Notes: generated by a model from the letters alone, not told the origin. A DNA stretch of 45,998 bases, filler included, from Sphacelaria rigidula (GCA_964200075.2; 2 parts of 2 records of this genome joined end to end with filler, not necessarily neighbours in it); one strand, 5' to 3'. Counted from the first letter of the whole stretch, positions 12,911 to 25,227 are shown. A program made the numbers and translations.

Positions 12911-13067
12911 CACACCCTGGAAAATGACAACAGACGACATTGTCAACAAGTGTACTGCGTACAGTGTAGACTATTGCATCTATTGCAATAGACAATATAT
13001 TCCATACTGTACGCAGTACGCAGTACACGTGTTGGCAATGCAATCTATTGTCATTATCCAGGGCGTG
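12911..13067. mobile_element. hAT-like MITE, copy 1
   Basis: Termini CACACCCTGGA / TCCAGGGCGTG; perfect 8-bp TSD GATGATAC. Confidence 0.85.
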
Positions 13068-13658
13068 GATGATACAAAACTGATTGTACCCCGGCTGATG
13101 CGCCAGCACACACCGAAATATGCAGACTGGCGTGCAGAATATAGACGGGATGACAAAAACACAACACAAAACAGACAACAACGTGCACGTACACGGACTG
13201 TGTCGGTTCTTTACACTGAGTAGTGAACTACTCTATTGCTGTGTGCTGTACTGTCTGTTGTACCAATCGTAGGGTACACGCTCACACACCAAACAACGCA
13301 TGTCACTTGATCCACAAGCACAAGACCGAAGGGCGCAAAAGCAGCTGCTGCGACTGATAAATAGTTGGGCGGATGGCCACTGTATTGAGTCGGATGAACG
13401 GCGGAACAGTACCTTCGAGTCCCGACACAGTGGTACCGTGTTTTTTACTGGTTCAGGTCGTGAAATGCGTGAGATTATTGTCGACAAGAAAATTAGGGTT
13501 GTTCTGCTGTCCTCGGTTATTCACCTCACGAGCATCAAGATCAAAATTGGAAAGCTATTCATGCGTCCAATACCGAATCGACGTATGACGAGGCAACGCA
13601 ATGCGACGAACTCCCAACCTGCGGTAAAAATTTGGCGGGGCTAGTTTTCCCAAAATTT

Positions 13659-13761
13659 CACACCCTGGACAATATATGGTCAATAGATGCAATAGACGAA
13701 AAGTGTACTGCATAAAGTAAAGGCCTATTGCAACTATTGAATGAATGTTGTCCACGGTGTG
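13659..13761. mobile_element. hAT-like MITE, copy 2
   Basis: Termini CACACCCTGGACAA / TTGTCCACGGTGTG; perfect 8-bp TSD CAAAATTT. Confidence 0.85.
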
Positions 13762-14571
13762 CAAAATTTCAAGATAGGTGCGAGTGTGCCGACGGCAATT
13801 TTGCGCAGGAGATGAACGTCGAGGTGAAGCGCGGGCAGTACTTTTCGGGTGAGGGGTATTACCCGTGACAACCTATCGGCGATGCAATCATCAGCGAAGG
13901 AGTGTAAACGAAAGTGTTTTGCTCTCGAACTTTTGTCTTCCTTCATACTACCGTAGTGCTCGACCAGTGATAGTTTGCCCGAAAGGTGATCTTGCCGCAC
14001 ACGATTTAAGGACAGTCATCACTTTTGGGCGTTGTTCTGGGACCGAGGGTAGTCCTGAAAAGAAATGACGAGATTTCGATGGCCGGCAGCTTTGTTGTGG
14101 TCATGATCAACTGCTCGATGAGGAATTTTGCAAGGTAAGATACTGGAGGGGCGACGAGTTAGTTGTTCCTGAGACGATAGACACATCCAGAGAGGAGAGA
14201 GGAGGGCTAAAAAAATACGACAAAAAGTACCCTCTGGCTTTACTAAGCAGACCATTCGAGGTTTTGTACCGCTGGATGTTTGAAGCACGATTTGTGTCGA
14301 TATTGGGCTGCACGTGAGGCACAATGTTGCCCTGCGTTTGTAGCACTGAACGTCCGGCACGGCGTTGTGGCATTAATGTGCAGAGCTCTCATCATAATCC
14401 GCTAACTTACAACAGCAGCGTGGTCAAGGCCAGTGTGTAGCCATGGATGAGCGCGGAATGAACATGGGGCGCTTGGTAGGAGTGTCGCGGAGAATAAAAG
14501 AGAAGGGACAGTGGGTGTGCGGCAGGCGTTTGCTGTGATATGGGGATTACCGAGTGCAACCTCCATAGTTG

Positions 14572-14708
14572 CACAACCTGGACAACAGATTCTATTGTAA
14601 AAAAATATACTGCGTACAGCGTGGAATCTATTGTCTGCTGCAATAGGCGCAAACGTCAATACTGTAAGCAGTACACTTTTCACAGTGTATTCTATTGTCC
14701 AGGGTGTG
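14572..14708. mobile_element. hAT-like MITE, copy 3
   Basis: Termini CACAACCTGGACAA / TTGTCCAGGGTGTG; TSD CATAGTTG / CGTAGTTG (7 of 8). Confidence 0.8.
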
Positions 14709-15759
14709 CGTAGTTGACAGTCGGGCGGTTCAAGGGCGACGTCGCCGGTACTCGGGTTCTTCGTACATGACAATTCAACCGACTTTCGGAGCGTTCCGAA
14801 GTGGTCAAAGGGCGGAACCGATGGACAAAAAAGGGTAAAACAAAAACTTGGAAGAGATACGGCGGTATATGGTAGTCGGCATCATAATTATTCCGGGTTG
14901 TTTGAGGAATTTCTCGCGTACCACTCTTCGATCGAACACGAAAGTGCTACAGGCTGGTTTACGAAAACCCCCCCACATTCTGTCATCTGCAAATGCCCTC
15001 TGCAATACACACCCAGAAGTCGCATACATGGTATCATACTGAACGCGATGAACAGACGAAAAGGGTGACACAGCCGGATTTGTTTTCAAGGCTATAGCGG
15101 TGGCGCTATGGACAAAAATGTGTCTCGACCAATCAGCGCCGTTCAAACTGTTCCGAAATTGAAAATACGATTTCCAAGCCCAATTTCCACCGAGTCTCCA
15201 CATGCTTCAAATCGTAGAGACCATTATCACCTCAAGAATCTAACGGGAGAAACGGATTCGAAAACGATTCCAACGGGGTCGAATTATACCCGAAACCGTA
15301 ATGTTTCGGTGATGTGGACTTTGGCGTCGTCTAATTTCCTCGCATGATACGCAGAAAAGACTCAGGAAGCCTCGTGACGATTTCCCTTGTAGAAAAGCTC
15401 AGATCATCCTCAAACTTAGCAGTTCCGTAGGTATTGATGCTCCAAATGGAAAAATTGTGTTCTTGGCAATGGTTCAAAGTTTCTCCGTTCTCTAACGGCT
15501 TCCGGGGGTCCCAGTACAAAGGCCCCCGAAAGGCGGTGCAGAATCACTCAAAAGAAAAAATAATAACATGGTGCGTCCCAGGATGGTCTAAGGAACACAT
15601 GTACAATTTTTGGTGGAGAAACTCGAAAATCTCATACAATTTTTCCTGCCTTGACGTGAAATTCACCCTAAAAGATGTTTTCATACTCAAACCAAGAAGT
15701 TAGGAGTTTGCACGTTTCAAGTTCACATCCTCGCACATACGCGCAGTCTTGGCGCATTT

Positions 15760-16404
15760 ATTAGGAGTTCGACCCTGAAACGTTGCACAAATGTGCTGTA
15801 AATCATCACGCAAGTTTCGATCAAGGAGGTTATCCTATTTCTTGAATTGTTTACCGTGTTTCGGGGGTCCGACGGGATCCAAGTCGTTTTTTTCGAAGTC
15901 ATCCATTCTGGGACCCCGGAAAACCGGCACGAAAATATTTTTATTCATTTTTTTCGCGAACGCTCTGCCGCCGCACACCCAAGGAAGAACCCCGTCAAGT
16001 TTTGTGGCCAAACTCGATCAACTGGTGCTTGAATTTTCATTTTCAAAAAGGCCCTAAAACGCCGTTTTCATACCAAAATTCAGTAGTTTGCCGTTTCACC
16101 GTGGCACGGCTCAAGGTTCATCGCACAAACGCGAAAAAATTCACGCCGTTTTCAGGAGTTAGACCCTGAAATTTTGCACAGGTGTTCCATGGGTCATTAC
16201 GCAACTTTTTAAGGACGTTTTTTTCCCCTCTTCTTTACCGTTTACGGGGGGTCCGACTAGATCGAAGTTTTCCCGACAAAACTGGGACCCCGGAAAAACG
16301 GTGAAAAAGCAAAAAACAAAAATCGTCGTTGAAGTTGCGTAATGACCCATAGAACACCTATGTAAAATTTCAGGGTCTAACTCCTCCAAACGGCGTGAAG
16401 TTTT
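15760..16404. repeat. Fold-back repeat: direct copy (about 15760-15935) plus a roughly 72-bp inverted pair (16136-16207 / 16332-16404)
   Basis: Arm TTCACGCCGTTTTCAGGAGTTAGACCCTGAAATTTT...CATTACGCAACTT and its near-perfect reverse complement. Confidence 0.88.
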
Positions 16405-16753
16405 GCCGATGAGTGTATTTGTTTTTTTTTCCGTGAACCAGCCTGTAGCGTCGGTATATTTTCGTATAATAAACAGATCGTCCGCAAAACATAGTGCCCC
16501 AGTTGGAGTCATTTGGTGTTATCGGGCGATACGAGTAGATACTCCGTTTATCAGGAGGGTGTTGTTGACCGTGAAACACAGATTTTCTGCTTTAGTGCAA
16601 TGAGTAGGCATCATTTTTTAGAAAAAAATCCTTCAAGTTTTTCACAATTACATTCGGAATAGGTTCGCTCGACCGAAAATACCGGAGAGTCAAAATCTGG
16701 GCTAAAAAACGGCAGGACCCCCGATGACTGGTCAGCCCGTAAGTCACTCAATA

Positions 16754-18456
16754 GAGAGTTTCGGAAAAAAAAATCAAAACTCATGGGGATACCAGCGAGA
16801 AACGACTGGATTGTTTGGGCTTAATCTCCAGGTTTGTTTTATCTTTTTCCACCACGTGGGTGTGGACCGTCGCCAACTTTTCAGGGTTTTGTATCTTCTG
16901 TTCCGAATGCAACGTGGTCGGTGTCATGAGTTGAAAAGGTACAAGTCGCGCCGTGCTTTTCTGCGCTTGTACTCTTCGCCCACCCATGCGGTGTTACCCG
17001 TACAGCACAGGAGAGCATGTACAGAGCCGTGCAACCATAGGTTGGGTGTTTGACTCCAGGGGGGAAAGACTCATAGATGTTTCGGACAATCCAACACACT
17101 CGCCGTGCGAGTGTATTTGGGTAAAACAGCATCAAGCAGTATGAATGAGCGTTATTTACTGCCAACACGCCCGTTCTGAAGATCGCTGCTCCTAAAATCG
17201 ATTCAATTTAGTGGAAGCAACGGCCAACAATAACCCCCGTCCTATCCTAGCATGACTTTAGTTGTTTATGTTGTCCCCGTACTGCTGAATACGCGACAGC
17301 AGTATGTTCGACTTAACGGTCAACGAGGGAAAGGGACTGCTGAACCCCTCTCGCGATAAAACATGAAGGCAAGCACCGCAGAAAAAAAGGTGGAGTACTG
17401 AAAAACGAACAAAAAATGAAAAAACTCCTGTCCTGGCAAGGGTGGGTGAAAAAAATATTCCTGGACCCACACTCACATTTTTCCATTTGGGGCCGATTGG
17501 GGGGGGGGGAGTGGCAGCACTGTTGGGATCGTGTCCGGGCTGGCAGGTTCCGGTTCCATACTAAATCCTATGTACTCACTGCAACCTAGCTCAACCACAA
17601 GTTACTTGGTTTTAGAATGGGTTGAACGGGGGAGAAGAGTCACTTCACTTGCAGAGCACACCCAAGCACAATCAGTGAAAAACAAAACAGCAGTCGCGGT
17701 CTCGGCAAGTCTTGGTTTGGTTTTGGGCTTGAAGTACGCTGTGTAAGCGAACATGAACCGCTTGATCCATTGCTTGATGCAACCTGATCATGAATCCTAG
17801 CAAACCCAAGTGAGTCAGATGACTATTATAGAGTTCGGCACCCGAACACCAGGACAAGCAGAGCCAAGGACTTTTCGCAAAAACGCAGCGAGACTAAAAA
17901 CTGAAACCGTCAAAAACGCGGTGGGGGGAAACGGGTTGATGAGTTGGGGCAAAAGATCGAGGTGGGGGAGGGGGGCAGTTGCGACGAACCTAAAACCCTT
18001 CACCCGTCTGTGACCGCAGCAACCACTGCAACGGCCGCACTAGTTTGGCTGAGGGGGTGTAGCCGGAGGATCTGCGTAATTTATTTGGCGTAATCATTTT
18101 TACTTGCTTGAATCATCTTGAATCATCCAAGAACCATTGATAAATTAATCGAAAACAACACTCAACACTGCTCACACCATTGAACACCATCCAAGTTTAT
18201 TCGTGAAACACACCAACAAACCACGCACGGCTCGTGCGCATTGTTTCGACAACGTGGTGCTGAGCAACTGACGCCCCAAAGGCTGATAAACAGGTGTCTC
18301 GTTTGAGAAAATAAATAAATAAGTCAGGAGCTGCTGAGGGGGGGGGGGGGGGGGGGGGGGTGGGGGGGGGCGGGGGATCTTTNNNNNNNNGGGGGCGGGG
18401 GGGTGGGGGGTGAGGGAGAGGAGGGAGGGGAGAGGGTGAGGGGGGAGAGGAGGGAG

Positions 18457-18501
<45 letters not shown>

Positions 18502-19614
18502 GGCTAGTGTGGGTCCAGGGATACTTTTTTCACCCGCCCTTGGTCCTGGCTCTCCTCCTGTGTGACCCCGGCTGGTGCGCCCACGTGTACCGCGAGGTGT
18601 AGACCGGCGTCCAGAATAGATGGGACGACAACTTACACACACAGTATCGTCAACACAGCCTCCGGATACGAACCCGGTACAGTATACAGCGTTGGGTACA
18701 CAGGCAGTGCACCTCGGCGCCCGCTAGTCATTCACAAGTCCTGCACACGTCGGTGTGTCGTACAGCACTATTAAGTTGAGACAGCTGAGAGTTGTAGTGT
18801 AGTACTGTTGTTGCACTGACTGTACTGTCTGTAGACAGTTTTGTGTACTTCCTGCAGTAAGGGTTGTGTACTGTACTAATGTGCACATGCCCGTGTGTGT
18901 GCGTTTGCATAACATGAGAAAGTACAGTAGTTCTCGATTAAGGTTCTCTATACGCAGTAATCCTAGCTGCGTGGAGGCGAACGGGGGAACAGAGACACCT
19001 GTCGACCTGGCTGAAGATGACGTCGAAGGGCTGAAGTGGGCCACTCATGCGGATGCTACGAGGATCTCGGCAAAATGGCCACAAAAGGGCGGTGTACCTG
19101 CGCGAGCTAACGCAAGCTTCACGTTCGGTGGCCATTTTGTCAAGTCCTCGTAACAGCTGCTTGAGCGGCCGACTCCCGCCCTTTCGCATCATCATAAGCC
19201 AGGTGGGCTGGTGTCTCGGCTCCTCCGTTCGCCTCCAAATGCTCCTCGTAGTCTTGGGTCACCCTCGTGAACGAACTGCCATCACCAGCGCTGTCGCGGG
19301 CGTTCACGGCATCCGCCATCGCCTCACTTACGATATTTGCCCTACGGCTGTGTTCTGTAACCTTGGTCGTTATGGGGCAGGGTGTCTTGTTCCGTTTCAT
19401 AACCCCGAGTGTGGCATCGACCCTTTGGGGTGTTTAGCAACTCAGGGTTTATTTGAAAAATTGAAAATTAATCCGGAGTTGCTGCGCATGTCTCTTCTCA
19501 GGGTTTAGTTTTCGGGGTTCACCTCGGAGAATTCGTCATATTCTGGCCATAAATCCCAGCTTTTAAACGCTGACCCTGAGTTTTTCCGGCCGGTTTTGTG
19601 TTTCTGAAACTCTG
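16754..19614. mobile_element. Non-autonomous TIR element (about 2.9 kb) interrupting family X
   Basis: Ends GAGAGTTTCGGAAA / TTTCTGAAACTCTG, flanked by CAATA / TAATA; removing it restores collinearity with 4096-4540. Confidence 0.65.
17437..18542. mobile_element. hAT-like non-autonomous element (about 1.1 kb) inserted in a SINE copy
   Basis: About 37-bp TIRs CAAGGGTGGGTGAAAAAAATATTCCTGGACCCACACT / AGTGTGGGTCCAGGGATACTTTTTTCACCCGCCCTTG; GTCCTGGC duplicated at 17430-17437 and 18543-18550. Confidence 0.85.
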
Positions 19615-20058
19615 TAATATTGAGTACTGATGCTTTTCCCCCTTGAAATGTGGAGCGGATAAGAGTACCTTCAGATCATGAATGTGATGAGCGGTGGCAA
19701 GCGAAAGAGCCTAGGAAAATCGCCAATTACGAAGGAATTACAACATGAATAGTTCAGGCGCTCGCTACTATACCCCCTCAAGTTGCAGAAAATGGGGGGG
19801 TATTCGTTGCCGAACTTCAGCGCCACGGCGCTGATAGACCCCAAAACGTGCCCGACACTAGAAAACGTTGGTGCCCATGCTTAGAATGGGCTGCGGGTGT
19901 AATGCCCGAGTCAGATTGAATTTGAGGTAACTGGGGCAAGCGCGGGTATGTCGCGCGGACTTGTTTTCCTTGTATAATATTTTGGCTGAAGAAGGGGCGG
20001 GTATACCCCAAATGAGTTCTTCCCTCAAAAGAAAAAAAGCGCCGACGAAGTAGGTTAA

Positions 20059-20156
20059 CCCTTAGACCGCGAGGTTAGTCTTCTGTTGAATCGGCATCAA
20101 TTTCAAGTGAAAAAAAGCATGCATGGTCCGGAAAGACTAACCTCGCGGTCCAAGGG
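20059..20156. mobile_element. 98-bp piggyBac-like MITE
   Basis: TTAA-CCCTTAGACCGCGAGGTTAGTCTT ... AAGACTAACCTCGCGGTCCAAGGG-TTAA: 24-bp TIR with one mismatch, TTAA on both sides. Confidence 0.85.
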
Positions 20157-22960
20157 TTAAAGAAATGGCCAACCCTGCAGCATGGCTTGCGTTAAAGAGG
20201 CCGTGAAAAAGACAGATAATATTGCACTGCATATTTGACCACATGTACTGACTTGTACACAGAGTAGGTACTGCGCTACACTGGGCAAAAAGAGTCGATG
20301 TGCTTCATCAGCAGCGTCATCAGCAGCTATGACGACACAGTCGGTATGTCATCGCTCTCCATCCTCAGAACCCAGGACAGCGAAATATGCACAGCTTCTG
20401 TATGCGCGTCCCAGATCAGTACTGTTTTTCTCGAGGTGCAGTGTTTTTGAGCGTCGGAGGGGCGGGCGGCAGAAATTAGGAATTGCTCCAGTAGAGGTCC
20501 GTTTCTTGTATCCAACAGACAGTACCATCATGATAGGTTCTTGCTGTACAAGATGTGAGAAAATGCGTCGCTGAGAGATGGGCCATACTGCGCAAATTTG
20601 TACTGCTGTACGTACGTCGCATATTCTTAGTTTGATTGACCGCCCTTGTTCGTCGGGTCGTTGCACGGATCCTCAAACCTAACAAATGTCCTGCTTGTCT
20701 CAAAAACGCAGGCCGTTGCAAATGTTTCGAGGGGAGGGGAGTCAGTGCGAGTGAAGCTCGCAATAGCGGGCCAATCCTGGGTCCAAATTACTTGGGTCCA
20801 AATTACTGTTTGTAAATACGTACAAAAGCGCATCGCTCTTGTATGGAATAAACACAAACTGTGGGCGGAGATTACGTGGGCCACAGCGGTCGATCACCTG
20901 ACAGTGATAACGCCTGCGTATTCTCTGCGACGTGGAGGTTGTCGAGAGGAACACGTGAAAAGTGTCCCCATATCCAGACACCAAAATGCGCTTGTATGGG
21001 CGAGTTGGGCATGGATAAAGATCCAGGGCTCTACACTCAGCTCACGCAGAAAGACACCGAGCATGTGAATGTCGGCACATGCGATTGATACATGTGTCGG
21101 CAAATCTCATGGGGTTTGTCAGTACCTCCTTTTTTCGACCGTTGAACATGCGGCCATAGGACACAAATGATGACGTTGACGGGCGTGTTGGAGACAGGAG
21201 AAGGCCTGGTACCAAAAGTGACGCGTGAAGACCCCTAGGTACGGGTACGCCCGATCGATAAAGCAAACTTGCTCACAGATATCACGGGACTGTCGATGAC
21301 CCTGCACAATAATTGTTGTTAACTGTTGAACAAGACGGTCCAATATAGTCGTATGGACATTTAGGATCTTATAGGCATCTTGGTGTGGATAGGGCCTAGT
21401 AGTCGCTGACCTCGTGAATACAAATCTAAACGCATGGTGACAGAGGGATCGGTACCACGTCTTTGCAAATCTCACGGGACTGTCAGTGCCCCCCTCCACA
21501 TTACGCTGATTGTTTTAACACGACATCTACGAGACAACAGCGAAATCTGTGCACTATCTGTGAAGAGAGATGCGCATGATGGGTTTGGGGGGAACAGGGA
21601 GGAGGATTGCTCGGACGTCAACCCAACAGGAGGATTGGCTCATCCCAAGCATAACCACTTCAAGCCACTGCAACTCCGCAGTCGCACGCCGACATATTTC
21701 CGAACGGTAGTAGAGTTCAAGTACGAGGTAGAACAGAGCAAAGAAAATACACATTACAGCTCATAGAAGAGTAAAGAGTGGAGACTACAAGTCAGTACAG
21801 GAACAGGAAGTGGAGTCGGTTCTCTGCTTGGCAACCGATTCCTATCGCTCATTTGCATCGCAATGCCGATGTATAGTCATACCCATACCTTCGTAGCATT
21901 GACTCACATTCTGTACGTATTCCTCCCGCCGCGCTTACGGTGGCAGAAAGATTGTGCTCCCAAAAACAAGGCAAGACTGGAACCGGGCACAGGTTTGAAG
22001 CTCAAACCCAGAATTCCTAGTTAGGTTTGGGATGATACCCCTCCGCTCACGTACGTCTTGCGTATCTTCATCTACTGTATTCCAGCACCAGAGGCCAGAA
22101 CAACTTCAGTGTATACTTGAGATCTTGAGCAATTGCATTGTTTATCGATAACTCCTACTACCCGAGATTTTCATCTGCGTTCTTCGGCGCAGTACGAGTG
22201 CCCACGTGATGGAGCTTGTCTTATTGTGTAAATATACAGTAATTTACAGTACGTGGACGAAAAGCGCAGTGGCTCCAGATCCCAAATACGGCGCCTTTCT
22301 GCAAACAGTCAGGATCTATGTTCACGGCATAAAAGCTGAAACTTACTCTGTGATTTAGTGCACTGTTGTATAGTTTTGAAAAGTGTGCACTGGATGCTGC
22401 TGGACGAGTCAGCACGGCCTGTGCAACTGAAGTCTTCGCCTTTACTTTGTCTCCTTTCCTGTGCGGGTCTGAAGTACAGTAGGCGAAAGTAGCACGTACT
22501 TTGGTAACTGACCGTCCCAGCTTTACCGTTTTGACGCTCTTATTATACTGTGTACAGAGACTAGATTGTGAAACCGACCGCACATTATTACCGACCGGCA
22601 ACCACCGTGGAGTATGATATTCAAAGTACAGTGTCGTACCGTATGACAACAGACTGTATCATAGTGTACGCGGCTTCACGAAGATACAACCGTTATGATA
22701 TGTACAGCACAGCAGCACAGCAGCACAGCAGCACCGCACCACATGACAGCAGGCTATATTACAGTGTACGTAGCTTCACGAAGACACAGCCGTTGCATAT
22801 CCTCTGCGTAGCCCGCGCTACACAGGCCGGTAGCTGGATCTGTAGAAGGTTGGCACAGAGCAGGTGCAGGTGTAGGTGCGGGTAGTACGTTCCGAGCTGA
22901 CCTAGCGAGTAACCATGAGCAGCACCAACTGTGCTTCTGCTGCACATAGCGCGATTAATC

Positions 22961-23060
22961 NNNNNNNNNNNNNNNNNNNNNNNNNNNNNNNNNNNNNNNN
23001 NNNNTTAATTAATTAANNNNNNNNNNNNNNNNNNNNNNNNNNNNNNNNNNNNNNNNNNNN
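22961..23060. other. Assembly gap with artificial six-frame-stop linker
   Basis: Exactly 100 positions: Ns with a central TTAATTAATTAA at 23005-23016. Confidence 0.95.
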
Positions 23061-23207
23061 GCCTGTGCGGCGCAATTCCCTAGCGTAATTCCACCGCATT
23101 TCGTGAAACGAAACGTCTCCAGACACGCTATCACGCAACGACACGAGATGTTCCCGGTACTCAATGCAGCACAATAACATCATCGCCAAAACTTCGCCTA
23201 TCGATAA

Positions 23208-23310
23208 GCGGCGGTGCCGTGCATTACCAGGTTGGTCTGCCGTTCACAGCGATATCCTCAAGTCGAGCTGGTTTGGTAAACTTGACGAGTTATGGTGTGG
23301 CATGAAAATG
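23208..23310. repeat. About 100-bp dispersed direct repeat (second copy at about 26606-26710)
   Basis: GCGGCGGTGCCGTG..TTACCAGGTTGGTC...TTCACAGCGATAT.CTCAAGTCGA...GTAAACTTGA in both copies. Confidence 0.85.
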
Positions 23311-23404
23311 CGGGATGTACTGCTGACCCAGCTCGTTGAGGGAAAGGCAGGTACACGGTACTGGTATTCGGGACATCTCATACCCTACCGATACCAACCC
23401 AATG

Positions 23405-23635
23405 GGGTATTTTCAAATGTCGTACCTACGATACCTACGACACCACGGTATTTCGAGATACCAGTACCTACCGTACCCGCTCAATAAGGTATTTTCAAAT
23501 GCCATACCTACGATACCTACGATACCTACGATCCCACGGTATTTGGAGATTTTTTCACCTCTCGTACCCGCTCAGTCAGGTATTTTCAAAACTCATACCC
23601 ACGATACCCACGCATACCATGGTATGAGATATCCA
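23405..23635. repeat. Three tandem 80-90 bp units with internal (GATACCTAC)n
   Basis: GGTATTTTCAAA recurs at about 23407, 23488 and 23579, each followed by TACCTACGATACC-type motifs. Confidence 0.85.
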
Positions 23636-25069
23636 GGTAAATAACGGGGGTACGCTCGGTACGGTACCTTACCTACGGTTCCCGTGCTCCTTTGCACATT
23701 CGAAACGGCTCTCAACAGGTGAGAGGAAGTTCTTTCGTCGGCTTCCTACGGGTTTCATAAAACAAAATTGTTCCAGAGTTTTTTCGAACTCTCTCGAAAT
23801 AATAGAAAAGGGAATACTTTCATGGGAAGTGAAGTGCCGCTGTTGGTGTTTCGAAAAAGAATTCCCGTTGCTGGAAACGTTTTATAGATGTAACAACAGG
23901 AAATTTCAGAGGCGGGAAACTCTCTGCCCCTTGCGTTTTCCTCTAGGAGTCGAAAACAACTCCGGCATCATCTTCTTCCAACATGAAGGAATCCAATGAA
24001 CAGCGCCTTGCCTCACCTGGTGACAACCGTTTCGAATGTACACGTACTAAAGGAGTTACAGACACTGGAGCAACAATGCGCGACAAGGCAAGCCAGGGTA
24101 AATTTCAACAGACAAATAAAATCCTCAGTTAGTTGTGTTTGCGAAACTGTTTCTGGTAAAATGTGACATTTTGGAAGGCGACTTCAAATCCATTTGAATG
24201 TTCAACCTCATTTTTCGGGATCCGTTGTTGGTACTGCTGCCTGTGAAAGGACCGGAAGAGGACTGCTGCGTAAAACAATAGGTCGGGATTAACTTGATCT
24301 CAACGAAGCGTCTTTGTCCCCAATATTGCCCGCCCTTGCCCATAAACGAAAGCACGTCTCTCCCTCCCCCAAAAATGACTGGAAAATAACAGCATGAACC
24401 GGCGGACTTCTAGTCTTGAGAACATGGAGTCGCTCGTGCCAAGGCGGGAGGGGATGAACAAGTTGCACATAACCGAATGATGTATTCTCAGGAAACTACA
24501 ACCACAACGGGCCCATGCAGATTACTATGAATGATCCAATTCAGTCTGCACCATGCCTTATAAAAGTGAGTGCGCGTAGTACGGCATAGCACGGTCTGTA
24601 CCGTAGACCACAAAAAAATTGAGGAGTTACACAGCACAGACATGCAAATTTACGTGACGGAGTATAACACCCCTTTTCATCTTCCATCCCGCAGTCGTGA
24701 TATTTAAACCGCGATCTCCTTCAACAGCGCGGCGCTAAGATCATCGCACTTACATTTTACGCCATTGAAGATATGCTGTTGAGAGGAGCGGGGGGCTTTA
24801 GATGAAATGAGATGGGATTTCGGAACAGTTTTCCCGTTGTCCTAGGGTGAAGATGTTCACGATACAAAAAACAGTAGATTGCAGTAGTTTCAACTGCTGT
24901 CACGCTACACTGTACTACACTGTGCTGAACGGTACCGCATGATCAAACTGCATGGATACGAGCTGGAACATATTTGATGAACCCATTCACGTTGGAGGGC
25001 GGTAGTGAACTATATACTCACTGTACGGTTCGTCTACCACCTTGTGCAGGAGCATGTTACATCACAAAC

Positions 25070-25227
25070 CTCAGAAACTCGTTTGCTACCCTTCACAGAC
25101 GATCCTACGGCGGACGTCGCGGCCGAGGTGTCCCCATTTGCGTCCTCGACTGCATGTTGTGCAAATATACCCAATCGTAGGAGGGCATTTGCCGCCAGCT
25201 GCTCTGCGAGGCGGTTGGGCATACCGT
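25070..25227 (-). CDS. Candidate exon of an unknown gene (GMPNRLAEQLAANALLRLGIFAQHAVEDANG...)
   Basis: GC-rich, protein-like frame bounded by tacAG and GAG|GTttgt; could join in phase 0 to a terminal exon at about 24125-24266. No family recognised. Confidence 0.25.

Noticed and set aside
18337-18500. Poly-G tract as a G-quadruplex or proline-rich ORF
   Set aside because: It contains an N gap and unreliable homopolymer lengths.
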